The notes under the pieces: generated by a model
Told to the model about the DNA's origin: nothing
Database searches by the model: none
What the model saw: only the letters and a program-made list of their open reading frames with translations
Shown here: positions 12,667-25,640 of the stretch, piece by piece
How positions within the stretch are numbered: the stretch's first letter is position 1
Layout: each line of letters opens with the position of its first letter
NCBI RefSeq assembly: GCF_030028105.1
Contig: NC_092400.1
Location: 17,918,001-17,982,000 of the forward strand
Reading direction: 5' to 3'
Length of the DNA: 64,000 nucleotides
Source: Mobula birostris
Taxonomy: Eukaryota
Made by a program: the position numbers and the translations under genes

Positions 12667-14295
12667 CAGTGGTATGCAGAAGTTTGGGCACCCCTGGTCA
12701 GAATTTCTGTTACTGTGAATAGCTAAGCGTGTAAAAGATGACCTGATTTCCAAAAGGCATAAAGTTAAAGATGACACAATTCTTTAATATTTTAAGCAAG
12801 AATACTTCTTTATTTCCATCTATTACAGTTTCAAAATAACAAAAAAGGAAAAGGGCCCGAAGCAAAAGTTTGGGCACCCTGCATGGTCAGTACTTAGTAA
12901 CACCCCCTTTGGCAAGTATCACAGCTTATAAACGCTTTCTGTAGCCAGCTAAGGGTCTTTTAATTCTTGTTTGGGGGATTTTTGTCCATTCTTCCTTGCA
13001 AAAGGCTTCTAGTTCTGTGAGATTCTTGGGTGGTCTTGCATGCACTGCTCTTTTGAGGTCTATCCACAGATTCTCGATGATGTTTAGGTCAGGGGACTGT
13101 GAAGGCCATGGCAAAACCTTCAGCTTGCGCCTCTTGAGGTAGTCCATTGTGGATTTTGAGGTGTGTTTAGGATCATTATCCTGTTGTAGAAGCCATCCTC
13201 TTTTCATCTTCAGCTTTTTTACAGATCATGTGATGTATGCTTCCAGAATTTGCTGGTATTTAATTGAATTCATTCTTCCCTCTACCAGTAAAATGTTTCC
13301 CGTGCCACTGGCTGCAACACAAGCCCAAAGCATGATCGATCCACCCCCGTGCTTAACAGATAGAGAGGGGTTCTTTTCATGAAATTCTGCACCCTTTTTT
13401 CTCCAAACATACCTATGCTCATTGTGGCCAAAAAGTTCTATTTTAACTTCATCAGTCCACAGGACTTGTTTCCAAAATGCATCAGGCTTGTTTAGATGTT
13501 CATTTGCAAATTTTTGACATTAATTTTGTGGTTAGGACGCAGGAAAGGTTTTTCTTCTGATGACCCTTCCATGAAGGTCATATTTGTGCAGGTGTCACTG
13601 AACAGTAGAACAATGCACCACCACCACTCCAGGGTCTGCTAAATCCTCCTGAAGGTCTTTTGCAGTCAAATGGGGGTTTTGATTTGCCTTTCTAGCAATC
13701 CTATGAGCAGTCCTCTCGGAAACATTTCTTGGTCTTCCAGATCTCAACTTGACCTCCACCGTTCCTGTTAACTGCCATTTCTTAATTTATATTATTAACT
13801 GAGGAAACAGCTACCTGAAAACGCTTTGCTATCTTCTTATAGCCTTCTTCTGCTTTGTGGGCATCATTTCTTTTAATTTTCAGAGTGCTAGGCAGCTGCT
13901 TAGAGGAGCCCATGGCTGCTGATTGTTGGGACAAGGTTTCAGGAGTCAGGGTATTTATAAAGCTTTGAAATTTGCATCACCTGACCTTTCCTAATGATGA
14001 CTGTGAACAAGCCATAGCCCTAACAAGCTAATTAAGTTCTAAGACCTTGGTAAAAGTTATCTGAGAGCTCAAATCTCTTGGAGCACCATCCAAAATTTAG
14101 AATGGTGCTCCCTTCGTTTTTCTCACTCTAAAATTGTACAAAACAAAAATAATACAATAATCGTGCTTAAGATGTTGAAAACAATGTTTCGTCTTTAACT
14201 TTATGACTTTTGGAGATCAGTTCATCTTCTACTCACTTAACTATTCACAGTAACAGAAATTTTGATCGGGATGCCCAAACTTCTGAATGCCACTG
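12667..14295 (-). mobile_element. Full-length Tc1 (DD34E) transposon with long IR/DR terminal repeats, 1629 bp
   Basis: TA|CAGTGG...CCACTG|TA ends. Imperfect TIRs of ~200 bp, with an inner direct repeat aagtttgggcaccc near 12866-12879. Inserted in an older LINE 3' fragment. Confidence 0.93.
12887..13913 (-). pseudogene. Tc1 transposase pseudogene
   Basis: Starts MGSSKQL..GYKKIAKRF. QQDNDPKH..WPSQSPDLNIIENLW gives D34E spacing. Ends AKGGVTKY*. Contains internal stops and frameshifts. Confidence 0.9.
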
Positions 14296-15653
14296 TATCT
14301 ACATATGAGTCACACATAAATAACAAACTAAAGTGCATAAATTAAATACTATAAGGTACAGGACAGATTAGCCAGTGACACTTTGAATGGGATGCGGCAA
14401 GAAGTTCAGAAGTCTGATGGCCTGAGGAAAGAAGCTGTTTCCCATCCTGACCTTTCTTGTTTTTATGCATCAGCTTCTCCAGCCTGATGGTACAAAGTGA
14501 AAGAGTAAGCTGGATGGATGGGGTCCTTAATAATACAATTTACCAACACGACAACCCTGTCTACATTCTCCCAGAGTTATTCCCTTTCTCCTATCCATCC
14601 CTCTACCATCTTCCCTGTGACTTAAAACAAACCAATTTTCTCACTTATCCAGTTCTGATGAAGATCTTCAACCTAAAATATCTAAATCTGTTTCTCTTTC
14701 CGCAGATGCTGCGTGACCTGCTGTTTCCAGCACTTCAACACTCTGGTTTTCTTTTTAGATTTGCAGCATCTGCAGACTTCTTTTCAGTAGCCCTGATTGC
14801 TCAATTGCAGTTTGTTCTTGAATGTTTTGAATGATATTTAATATCAGAAAAGAAAGTCCTGCATTTCACATTGAAGTAACAATGAATACGACAATTTGGA
14901 AAATGTATTGCTCAAATATCAGGCCAAAAGGAAAAGCAGTTTTAAAAGCTGTTTTTTTTTGGTTTTATCTTGTTCCTGATCATTAAATTACTATATTAAA
15001 CTGCAGTAATAACTTCAAAACAGAACACGGTAGATATGAATGTTGAGTCTTAGATAAATAGTTACTTTTTTCTCCTTTCTCTAGAATCTTTACAAGAATC
15101 AAGAAGTTAATCATTCACACAGGAATTTTTGTCATTGAGATTTACTGACCAATGTTACACAACAAGATATTGCACACTTTCTGGTAAAACTGTTTTTATC
15201 CGTGGATGCTTTCATTACTGCGGTGCTTGCATCACTTTCTCATTGCCTTTTGACAATAAAAGCTAGCAGAGAAGCATTCACCGCCCCTGTTGGCCTATGT
15301 CTAATCCATAGTACAGAGTTGGACGGACCATTTGTCCCACAATGTTGTGTCAATCTTGATACCACTTTTACTAAACTCCCTCTTGCTGTGAAACATCCAT
15401 TCCTTTCATATGCACTTGCCTGTCCAATTTCTTCTTAAACTCTACCAAACTTCTAATCTCCAGGAAGTGCCACGTACCACTCTCTGCTTATAAGCTTGTC
15501 CCTCATTCTCTTTAAGTTCTCTCCTCCAATCTTAAAAGTATTCCCTCTGGAATTTCTACCCAAGGTATAAGATTCCAGCTGCTTACCCTAGCTATGCCTC
15601 ACATAATTTAAAAAGAAAGCACTGTTAGGTCTCCCCTCAAACTCTGGTGCTCA

Positions 15654-15732
15654 CAGGGGTTCCCAACCTCGGGTTCTCTGACCACTTGATTAATGGTAGG
15701 GGTCAATGGCATAAAAATTTTGGGAACCCCTG
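15654..15732. mobile_element. hAT-like MITE
   Basis: TIRs CAGGGGTTCCCAA / TTGGGAACCCCTG. Related copies at ~50629-50695 and, split by insertions, at 44443 and 61050. Confidence 0.65.
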
Positions 15733-15844
15733 CTCTATGGAGAACAAGCTGGGTTTAGCTAATCTTTCCTTATAGTTGATACCCTCTAATCCAGGCAGCA
15801 TCCTGGTAAACTCTTCTGCACACTTTCTGCAGTCTCCACATTTT

Positions 15845-17206
15845 AGACCGTAAGACCATAAAAACAGGAGCACGAGTAGGCCATTTGGTCCATCCAGAAT
15901 GCTTCACCATTTCATCACGGCTGATCCATTTTCCCTCTCAACCCCATTCACTTGCCTTCTCCCCGTAACCCTTCACACCCTGTCTAATCAACAGCCTATC
16001 AGCCTCCGCTTTAAATATACAGAAAGGCATGGCCTCCACCGCCACATGTGCAAAGAATTGGACAGATTCATCACCTTCTGGCTAAAGAAATTCCTCCTCA
16101 TTACTGTTCCGAATGGTATCCCTCTATTCTGAGATTGTGCCCTCTGGTCCTAGACTCCCCCACTACTGGAAACATCCTTTTCACATTCACTATATCTGGG
16201 CCTTTCAACATTCCATAGGTGTCAATGAGATCCCTCCTCATTCTTCTAAATTCCAGTGAGTACAGGTCCAGAGCCATCAAACACTCCTCATATGACAAGC
16301 CTTTCAATCCCAGAATCATTCTCGAGAATCTCCTCTGAACGTTCTCCAAAGGCGTTCTCCAAAGTTCATTATGAGATAAAGGGCTCAACACTGCTCAAAA
16401 TATTCCAAGTGAAGCCTCACTAGTGCCATATAAAGCCACAGCATTACATCCTTGATTTTATATTCTAGTCCCTTCAAAATGAATGGTAACATTGCATTTG
16501 CCTTCCTCACCACAGACTCAACCTGCAAGTTAACCTTTAGGGAATTCTGCATGAGGACCTCCAAGTCTCTTTGTACCTCAGATTTTTGAACTTTCTGCCC
16601 TTTTTAGAAAATAGTTTATGCTTTTGATCCTTCTACCAAAGTGCATGACCATACGCTTCCCGACACTGTATTCCATCTGCCACTTCTTTGCCCACTCTCC
16701 CAATCTGTCTAAGTCCTCCTACAGCCTTCTTGCTTCCTCAGCACTACCTGCCTTTCCACGTATCTTCATATCATCTGTAAGTCTGGCCACAAAGCTATCA
16801 ATTCCGTTAACCAAACCACTCACATATGACACAAACATGAATGGTCCCAACACTGACCTTTATGTTACACCACTAGTCACCAGCAGCCAACCAGAAAAGG
16901 TCCCCTTTATTCCGACTCTTTCCCTCCTGCGAATCAGCCAATACGCTATCCATGGACTCTTTCCTGTAATACCATGGGCTCTTATCTTGTTAAGCAGCCT
17001 TGTGTGCAGTGTCTTGTCAAAGACCTTCTGAAGATCCAAGTACACAATGTGTACTCTCCAATATCTATCCAACTTGCTTTTTCCTCAAAGAATTCCAACA
17101 GATTTGTCAGGTAAGAAATTCATTAAGGAAACCATTCTGACTTTAACTTTATCTTATCATGTCCCTCTAAATGCCCTGACTTCCACCCTCACTGATTTAA
17201 TAGATG
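15845..17206 (-). mobile_element. CR1 LINE, 3' part (split by the Gypsy insertion)
   Basis: YLDLQKVFDK, LENVQRRFSRM and SRTRGHNLRI motifs. Continues at 21758. Confidence 0.85.
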
Positions 17207-17210
17207 ATTC

Positions 17211-17461
17211 TGTGGTGGCCCGCACACGCGGGACTCGAACCGCCATCGGGAGCCGCAGGCAGACACGCGGTAGCGCGGTTGGAACTACCCGCTCGGGGCG
17301 GACCTTCCAGGGACCGTCTGACGTTACATCCGCCCCGCAGGTCGCAGGGGCCCTTGGAGGGGGAGATTTAAGCACGCAATTTTGAATCAGTAAAGGCATT
17401 CTGAGTTCAGTCCTCTCTGCCTCCGTGTGTTTCTTTAGTAGCGCATTTGCGCGCGACTACA
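17211..17461 (+). repeat. 5' LTR
   Basis: TGTGGTGG...GACTACA; direct repeat of ~21505-21753. Confidence 0.93.
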
Positions 17462-17462
17462 T

Positions 17463-17475
17463 TGGTGATCCCGAC
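17463..17475 (+). promoter_or_regulatory. Primer binding site, tRNA-Trp-like
   Basis: TGGTGATCCCGAC starts 1 nt after the LTR. It is a 12/13 match to TGGTGACCCCGAC, the recalled complement of the tRNA-Trp 3' end. Confidence 0.75.
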
Positions 17476-17479
17476 ATTC

Positions 17480-20400
17480 CAGACGGCATCTGGAGCCGGC
17501 GACTCATCGACCAACTCGCACAGCGCGGTCTCTCTGAAGCTCCTGACTTTCTGGGCCACTCAGCCCCACGTTTGGTTTGAGCAGGCTGAGGCCCAGTTCA
17601 ATATCAGAGACGCCACGCGGTATTACTACATGGTCAGCACACTCGACCAGGAGATGGCAGGCCAGATCATCGACTTCCTACGCCAGCCACCAATGGAGGA
17701 CAGGTATACTCAGCTTAAGGCGCTCCCGATCTGTACCTTTGGACTCTCCCGCCGCGAACGAGTCGCGTGGCTCCTACACGTGGACGGCCTGGGCGACCAC
17801 ACACCATGCAAACTCATGAATGATATGCTGGCGCTCATGGACGGCCATAAGCCATGCCTTTTACTTGAACAGCTGTTCCTCGAGCAAATGCCAGAAGACA
17901 TTCGCCTCCTTCTCGCGAGTGAGGATTTCAGCGACCCATGTAGGGTCGCGGCTAAAGCAGATGTCCTTTGGCAGAGCAAGCAACGTTGATCAGCCTCCTT
18001 TGGCCTAGCCACAATCGCGTGCCCCAAAGCCCAGGCCCCACAACCGAAGCTGTTGAGACCCACAAGGGAAAAAGACAAAAGTTCGGAACGATGGTGTTTT
18101 TATCACCAAAGATGCGGCTTAGGCGCATACTGCCTACACCATGTGCTTTTCCAGGAAACGCCGGGGCCAGCCGTCGCTAATGGCTATGACGGCTGGCCAC
18201 TGAGACAGTCTCCTATATCTCTGGGACCGACACTCCAGGTGGCGCTTCCTGGTAGACACCGGGGCCGAAGTCAGCGTACTCCCCCCGCCCCCCGAACATG
18301 GACACTCGTAACGCGGTCCCAGGCCCCGAACTCACCGCTGCAAATAGCACCAGTATTCGGACATATGGCCCGCGAACTATCTCACTGCATTTCGGGTCCA
18401 GCCGTTTCACTTGGACTTTCACGTTGGCAGTGGTGTCACAGCCACTACTAGGGACAGATTTCCTACGAGCCAACTGCCTCCTGGTCGACCTAAAAGGCCG
18501 GCGTTTGGTCCACGCCAAGACATTCCAGACTTTCCAGCTCGGAGAAGCCAAGCTACCAGCCCTCCACCTGGATTCCGTGACCCTCTCGGTTAACGAATTC
18601 GCCAGGGTGTTGGCGGAATTCCCCTCCATAGTCCTCCTGCAGTTGTCCACGGCCGACCACAAGCACTGCGTGCAGCACCACATCCCCACGCAAGGACCGC
18701 CACTGCACGCCCAGACTCGCAGGCTCCCAACCGACAAGCTCCACCTCGCCAAGGAGGAGTTCCGTAAGATGGAAGAGATGGGAATAGTACGCTGCTCAGA
18801 CAGCCCATGGGCATCCCCGCTGCACACGGTGCCCAAGTCCGCACGCTCAGACAGCCCGTGGGCATCCCCGCTGCACACGGTGCCCAAGTCCACACGCTCA
18901 GACAGCCCGTGGGCATCCGCACTGCACACAGTGCCCAAGTCCGCACGCTCAGACAGCCCGTGGGCATCCCCACTGCACACGGTGCCCAAGTCCGCACGCT
19001 CAGACAGCCCGTGGGCATCCCCGCTGCACATGGTGCCCAAGTCTGCACGCTCAGACAGCCCATGGGCATCCCTGCTGCACATGGTGCCCAAGTCCACAGG
19101 AGGATGGAGGCCCTGCAGAGACTACAGAAGGCTCAACGACGCCACAACCGCCGACAGATACCCAGTACCCCACATCCAGGACTTCACGCCGAACCTGCAC
19201 AGAGCGACCATCTTCTCAAAAATCGACCTGGTCTGGGGATCCCATCAGATCCCAGTGCACCCCAACGGCGTGCCCGAGACAGCCCTCATCACCCCGTTCC
19301 GCTTGTTCAAATTCCTGAGGATGCCTTTCGGTCTCAAGAATGCAACCCAAACTTTCCAAAGGCTCATGGACACAGTGGGACACAGCCTGGATTTCATTTT
19401 CATTTACTTGGACAATATCCTGGTGGCCAGCAGTTCACACCAAGAGCACATGGCACATTTGCGCCAGCTCTGCCAATGCTTGAGCAACCACGGACTGGCA
19501 ATCAATCTGGCGATGTGCCAGTTCGGGCTGACAGAGATCAACTTCTTGGGCCAGAGAATCAGCCGACATGGTGCAGTTCCCCTACCGGACAAGGTCCAGG
19601 CCATCCACCGGTTCCCCAAGCCCAGCATGGTCAAGGGCCTGCAGGAGCTCGTAGGGATGGTCAACTCTTATCATCGGTTCGTGCCGGCGGCGGCACGCAT
19701 CATGAGACCCTTGTTCAGCCTGATAGGCAGCAAGGCCAAAAAAGTGGCAGTGGGACGCGGAGTCCACAGAGGTTTTTGAGCAGGCTAAGGAGGTGCTGGC
19801 AAAGGTGACCCTCCTAGTGCACCCGAGAGTCGATGTACCCACAGCACTCATAGTCGACGCTTCTGACACGGCAGTCGGCGGAGTCCTGGAGCAGCTCGTC
19901 GAGGACCAGCGGTGACCTCTCGCTTTCTTCAGCCGGCACCTACGGCCACCAGAGGTGAAGTACAGCGCTTTCGACACAGAGTTGCTGGTGCTCTACCTGG
20001 CTGTCTGGCATTTCCGGTACTTCCTCGAGGGAAGGGAGCTCACCGTGTAAACGGACCACAAGCCCCTCACCTTCGCACTGGCCGAGGTATTGGACCCATG
20101 GTCGGCTCAGCAGCAGAGGCACCTGTCCTTCATTTCAGAATTCACCACAGACATCCGCCACATCGCAGGGAAGAACAACGTCATTGCTGACGCACTGTCT
20201 CACCCCTGCCTCCACTCAGTAGGCATATCGTGCTCAGGAATAGACTCCGCAGCACTGGCAGAAGCACAACGGTCAGACACCAAGATCCCGGCTTACCACA
20301 CCGCCATTTCGGGGCTTCAGTTGGAGGACGACTACATCAGCGCGGCAGCAGATCGACTCCTGTGCGACATGTCTACCGGCAAACCCCGACCCGTGGTACC

Positions 20401-21480
20401 AGCAGCATGGAGGCGCCAGGTGTTCGACACGCTGTGTGACCTGGCCCACCCGCCCATCCGGGCGACCATCAAGCTGGTAGCGGACAGATTCGTTTGGCAC
20501 GGTTTGCGCAAACAGGTCAGGCACTGGGCCAGGACCTGCGTACACTGCCAGACTGCCAAAGTCCCGCGGCACGTGAAGGCTCCCCTCCAGCAGTTCCAGC
20601 CAACGCACAGGAGGTTCCAACACATCCACGTGCACATCGTTGGACCCCTGCCAGTCTCCCGGGATGCGAGGTATATCTTTACCATGGTGGACAAGTTTAC
20701 CAGATGGCCAGAAGCCGTACCGCTCGCAGACACGTCCACTGAGTCCTGTGCCAGGATACTCATTGCAAACTGGATCGCCAGGTTCGGCCTCCCAACGGAC
20801 ATCACCTCCGACAGAGGGGCGCCGTTTACGTCTGGTTTGTGGACAGCACTGGCGCAGCTCCTGGACACCCAGCTGCATCACACCACAGCGTACCATCCCC
20901 AGTCCAACGGTTTGGTAGAGCGATTCCACCGGCATCTCAAGTCGGCCCTGATGGCGGGCCTCAGGGGCCCCAACTGGACAGAGGAGCTTCCCTGTGTCCT
21001 ACTGGGCATCCGCACAGCCCCCAAGGAGGAATTGGATACCTCCTTGGTGGAACTGGTCTACGGCGCCCCCCTGACAGTCCCAGGCGAGTTCATACCAGAG
21101 GCCCGAGGTTCGGAAGAAAGTCCAGCAGCAGTGCTAACGAGGCCGCGGGACAAGGTAGGGACCCTGGCACCGGTCCTGACCCCAGGCATGGTCCCACGCC
21201 GTCCTTCACCCCTAAGGACCTCCAAGGCTGTGAGTATGTTTTTATTCACAGGAGCGTGCACAGGTCACCTGTACAGCAGCTGTACGAGGGACCGTTCGAG
21301 GTGATCCGGCACAATGGGACCACGTGTGTCATGGAGGTGGGTGGCCAGGAAGAGACTTTTAGAGTGGACCGCCTTAAACCGGCGCACTTGGACATTGAGC
21401 AACCAGTGAGGGTACCCGCACCGCACCGGCGAGGCCGGCCACCCAGGCAAGCCACACAGACTGGGGGCTCCACTCCCCCG
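17480..21480 (+). pseudogene. gag-pol (gag, protease, RT, RNase H, integrase), disrupted
   Basis: Gag WFEQAEAQF and WCFYH; RT MPFGLKNA with YLDD changed to YLDN; integrase ITSDRG..HPQSNGLVERFH with the first catalytic D changed to H; frameshifts present. Confidence 0.9.
18794..19097 (+). repeat. 51-bp tandem repeat, 6 copies, in frame in RT
   Basis: Unit gctcagacagcccgtgggcatccccgctgcacacggtgcccaagtccgcac encodes RSDSPWASPLHTVPKSA. Confidence 0.95.
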
Positions 21481-21504
21481 ATGGACGTTTCTGGTGGGGG
21501 GGGG

Positions 21505-21753
21505 GGGTGGCCCGCACACGCGGGACTCGAACCGCCATTGGGAGCCACGGACAGACACTCGATAGCGTGCTTGGCACTACCCGCTCGGGGCAGACCTTCT
21601 GGGGCCTGTCTGACGTTACATCCGCCCCGCGTGTCGCAGGGGCCCATGGGAAGGGAGATTTAAGCGCGCGATTTTGAATCAGTAAAGGCATTCTGAGTTC
21701 AGTTCTCTCTGCCTCCGTGTGTTTATTTAGTAGCACATTTATGCGTGACTACA
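21505..21753 (+). repeat. 3' LTR
   Basis: Follows the poly-G PPT, and its first bases are merged with the G run. Ends GACTACA, followed by ATTC. Confidence 0.9.
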
Positions 21754-21757
21754 ATTC

Positions 21758-22710
21758 CTCCCTTTCAGTAGCTGTGATATTATCACTGATCGACTCCAAC
21801 ATCTTTCTAACCACTAATGTCAGGCTAAATTGCCTATAGATTCTTTCCTTCTGCCTCCTTCCCTTCCTGAAGAGGGGAATGACATTTGAAAACTTCCAGT
21901 CCTCCTGAACCATGCCGGAATCTACTGATTCTTGAAAAATCATTACCGAAACGTCCACAATCTCCCCAGTCACCTCTTTCAGAACACTGGGGTGTAGACC
22001 ATCTGGTCCAGGTGACATCCACCTTCAGATCTTTCAGCTTCCCAAGCACCTTCTCTTTAGTAACAGCATTTGCGATCATTTTTGCCCCCTGACTTTCTCA
22101 AACTTCCAGCATGCTTCTAGTGTTTTGTATAGTGAAAACATGCAAAATACTAATTTAGGTCATCTGCTATTTCTTTGTCTCACATTCCTCCCTTCATTTT
22201 CCAGCAGTCTGATCTCTACAGTCACTTCTCTTTTACTCTTCAAATATCTGATAAAATGTTTGGTATCCTTTTTGTTACTATTGGCTAGCTTACCTTCGTA
22301 TTTCATCTTTTCCCTCCTTAGGGTTTTTTTCGTCGCCTTCTGTTGGTTTTTTAAAGTTTCCCAATTCTCTAAATTCCCACTAATTTTTTTTTGCTCTAGT
22401 ATATGCCCTCTCTTTTGCTTTTGTGTCATTTTTGACTTCCCTTGTCAGCCACACTTGCATCATCCTGCCTTTAGAATTCTTCTCCTTCTTTGAGATGTAG
22501 TTATCCTGTGCCTTCCAAATTTCGCTCAGAAACTCCCGTCATTGCTGTTCTGCTGTCATCCCTGCTAGTGTCCCCTTGCAATCACCTTTAGCCAGCTCCT
22601 GTCTCATGCCTCTATAATTCCCTGTCATACTGATATATCTGACTTTGGCTTCTCCCTCTCAAACTGCAGGGTGAAGTCTATTATATTATGAGCATTGCTT
22701 CCTAATGGTT
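21758..22710 (-). mobile_element. CR1 LINE, upstream part
   Basis: SPGPDGLHPSVLKE..EDWKFSNVIPLFRKG motifs. Confidence 0.85.
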
Positions 22711-23290
22711 AGAAACATAGAAACAGAAAACCTAAAGCACAGTACAGGCCCATCATCTTATGCAGCTCTATCAGGTCACCTCTCATCCTCCGTCACTCCA
22801 AGGAGGAAAGACCGAGTTCACTCAACTTATTCTCATGAGGCATGCTCGCCAATCCAGGCAACATTCTTGTAAATCTCCTCTGCATCCTCTCTATAGTTTC
22901 CACATCCTTCCTGTAGTGAGGTGACCAGAACTGAGCACAGTACTCCAAGTGGGGTCTGACCAGGGTCCTATACAACTGTAACATTACCTCTCAGCTCTTG
23001 AACTCAAACCCACAGTTGATGAAGGCCAATGCACCATATGCCTTCTTAACTACACAGTCAACCTGCACAGCAGCTTTGAGTGTCCTATGGACACGGACCC
23101 CAAGATCCCTCTGATCCTCCACACTGTGCCTTACCATTAATCCTATATTCTGCCAACATATTTGACCTACCAAAATGAACCACCTCTCACTTATCTGGGT
23201 TGAACTCCATCTGCCACTTCTCAGCCCAGTTTTGCATCCTATCAATGTCCCGCTGTAACCTCTGACAGCCCTCCACGCCATCCACAACAT
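22711..23290 (-). mobile_element. CR1 3' fragment
   Basis: LYRTLVRPHLEYCAQFWSPHY; (TTTCTATG)-like tail. Confidence 0.85.
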
Positions 23291-25050
23291 AGGGGTGGTC
23301 CTTAATGAGAACTTTGCTTCAGTATTCACCAGTGAGAGGGACTTTGAAGTACATGAGAACAGCGTAAAACAGGCTGATATGTTAGAACATGTCAATGTTG
23401 AGAAAGAGGATACACTGGAACTTTTGAAAAACATTGGGATAGATAGGGTTCCCGGAGCCAGATGGGATATACCTCAGGTTACTGCAGGAATTAAGGGGAG
23501 CGCTCACTGCAACTTTGATGATAATTTTGTTTCACCTTGGCCACGGGAGTAGTACCAGATGATTGGAGGATGGCAAATATTATTTCTTTGTGTATGAAAG
23601 GGAGTGGGGATAACGCTATAGACTAGTGAGTCTTACTTCAGCAGTGGGCAAATTACCGGAGGTGATTCTTGGGGACAGGATATATATGAGCATTTGGAGA
23701 AGAATGGCTTTGTGAGAGGGAGGTCATGCTCCACACACCTGATTGAATTCTGTGAGGATGTGACAAGGCACATTGATGAAGGTACAGCATTGGACATGGT
23801 GTATATGGATTTTAGTAAGGCATTTGATAAGGTTCCCCATGGCAGCCTCATTCGGAAAGTTAGAAGGCATGGGATACAGGAAAAGTTAACTATGTGAACT
23901 AAGAACTGGCTTGCCCACAGAAGGTAGCAGATGGAGCATATTCTTCCTGGAGACTGGTGACCAGTGGTTCTCCACAGGGATCTGTTCTGGGACCACTGCT
24001 CTTTGTGATTTTTATAACTGACTTGAAGTGGAAGGGTGACTTCATAAATTTGCAAATGGCATGAAGGTTGCTGGTGTTGTGGGTAGTGTAGAAGGTTGTT
24101 GGAGGTTACAATGGGACCTTGATGAAGGTAGAGCATCAAGGTCCAATAGGATGCAGAGCTGAGCTGAAAAGTGGCAAGGAGTTCAATCCGGAATAGTAGG
24201 AAGTGATTCACTCTCAAAGGATGAGTTTGAAGGCAGAGTACAGGGTTAATGGCAGGATTCTTAGCAGTGTTGGGGAACAGAGGGATCCTGGGGTCCTCGT
24301 CCATAGTTCCTTCAAAGTTGCAATGTAAGTTGGATAGGGATGTTAAGAAGGCATGTAGTGTGTTGGCCTTCATTAGTTATGGGATTGAGTTCAAGAGCCA
24401 CGACATAATGTTGCAGCTCTATATAACTCTGGTTAGACCACACTTGGAATACTGTGCTCAGTTCTGGTTGCTTCATTATAGGAGGGATGTGGCAGCTTTT
24501 GCAAGGTTGCAGAGGAGGTTTACCAGGTTGAGAGCATGTCATAGGAGGATAAGTTGAGCAAGCCCATGCTTTTCTCTTTGGAGCAAAGCAGGATGAGAGG
24601 TGACCTGATAGAGGTGTACAAGATGATAAGAGGCATAAGTTGAGTGGACAGCCAAAGACCATAGGACATAAGGCATAGGAGTAGAATTAGGCCATTCAAT
24701 CCCTTGATTCTGCTCTGACTCTGAGACATTTTTCCAGGGTGGAGATGGCTAATTTGAGATGGCATCATTTTAAGTGATTGGAGGAAAGTATAGGGGGGAT
24801 GTTAGAGGTAGTTTTTTTTTTACACAGGGCATGGTGGGTACATGGAATATGCTGCCAGTGGTGATGGTAGAGGTAGATACATTAGGGATATTTAAAAAAC
24901 TAATTTAGATAGGCAAATGGATGATAGAAAAATGGAGGACTATGTAGGAGGGAAGGATTAGATACATCTTAGAGTAGGTTAAAAATTCAACACAACTTTG
25001 TGGGCAGAAACGCCTGTACTCTTCTGTAATGTTCTATGTCTTATGTTCTA
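23291..25050 (+). mobile_element. CR1 LINE RT and 3' end, degraded
   Basis: LNENFASVF, GFVRGRSC, YMDFSKAFDKVPH and VRPHLEYCAQFW motifs; ATGTTCT-type tail. Confidence 0.87.
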
Positions 25051-25464
25051 TCTGATTGGAATAGATAAGTTGTTTTTAACAACGTACATTTCAGTCATGT
25101 TCCTTTACACACAGGATGTGCGTTGTCAGCTTTTCTTCCTCATCCTGGTTTGCACAAGAAGGGTTTGCACATGAGCTACTTTGCAAAGCTACTGTTCATA
25201 GAGCCAGAGTGATTTCAGGAGCTTGTCCCATACAAGTATCCAGGTTAGGAACAAGAAGGGGCAATGCAGCCCCTCAAGCCTGCTCTATCATCTAATTAGA
25301 CCCTTTTCCTTTCACCCCCTTTTCACTGTTTTACTGGAACAGTAAAGACACAGTTAAAGCAATGTCACTATGCCCTGTGTTCTGTGACTTGGAGATGACA
25401 CATTTCGTGGATCCCTGCTTTCAAAGTTCTTCAGAAAAGTAAAGATCTTAGACTTGAACAGTGA

Positions 25465-25640
25465 GGCAACTGTCAGAGCTGCTGTGTCACAGCTCGAGGG
25501 ACCCAGGTTCATACCTAGTCTTCAGTACTATCTGCATGGAGTTTGTACGTTCTCCTTGTGATCATGTGGATGCTTTGGTTCCCCCACCCCCCAGACTTCC
25601 TAAAGATATGTTGGTAGGTTAAATATCTGCTGTGAATTAA
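25465..25640 (+). mobile_element. Degenerate V-SINE
   Basis: Box B-like ggttcatacc and V-domain ggagtttgtacgttctccttgtg. Confidence 0.55.

Larger units (their letters stand above)
17211..21753 (+). mobile_element. Full-length Ty3/Gypsy LTR retrotransposon, CsRn1-like clade
   Basis: ~250-bp LTRs; 4-bp TSD ATTC at 17207-17210 and 21754-21757; PBS TGGTGATCCCGAC resembling the tRNA-Trp complement; G-rich PPT; domain order gag, PR (FLVDTGAEVS), RT, RH, IN. Confidence 0.96.

Noticed and set aside
18794-19097. CRISPR-like array
   Set aside because: Contiguous 51-bp units with no unique spacers, in frame in a retrotransposon RT, in eukaryotic DNA.
18213-19808. Long overlapping ORFs (294 aa minus, 333 aa plus) as novel genes
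   Set aside because: Shadow frames caused by GC-rich pol sequence and the tandem repeat.
22711-25050. Twin-priming 5' inversion of one CR1
   Set aside because: The two oppositely oriented pieces cover the same RT and 3' region and each has its own tail, so they are separate insertions.
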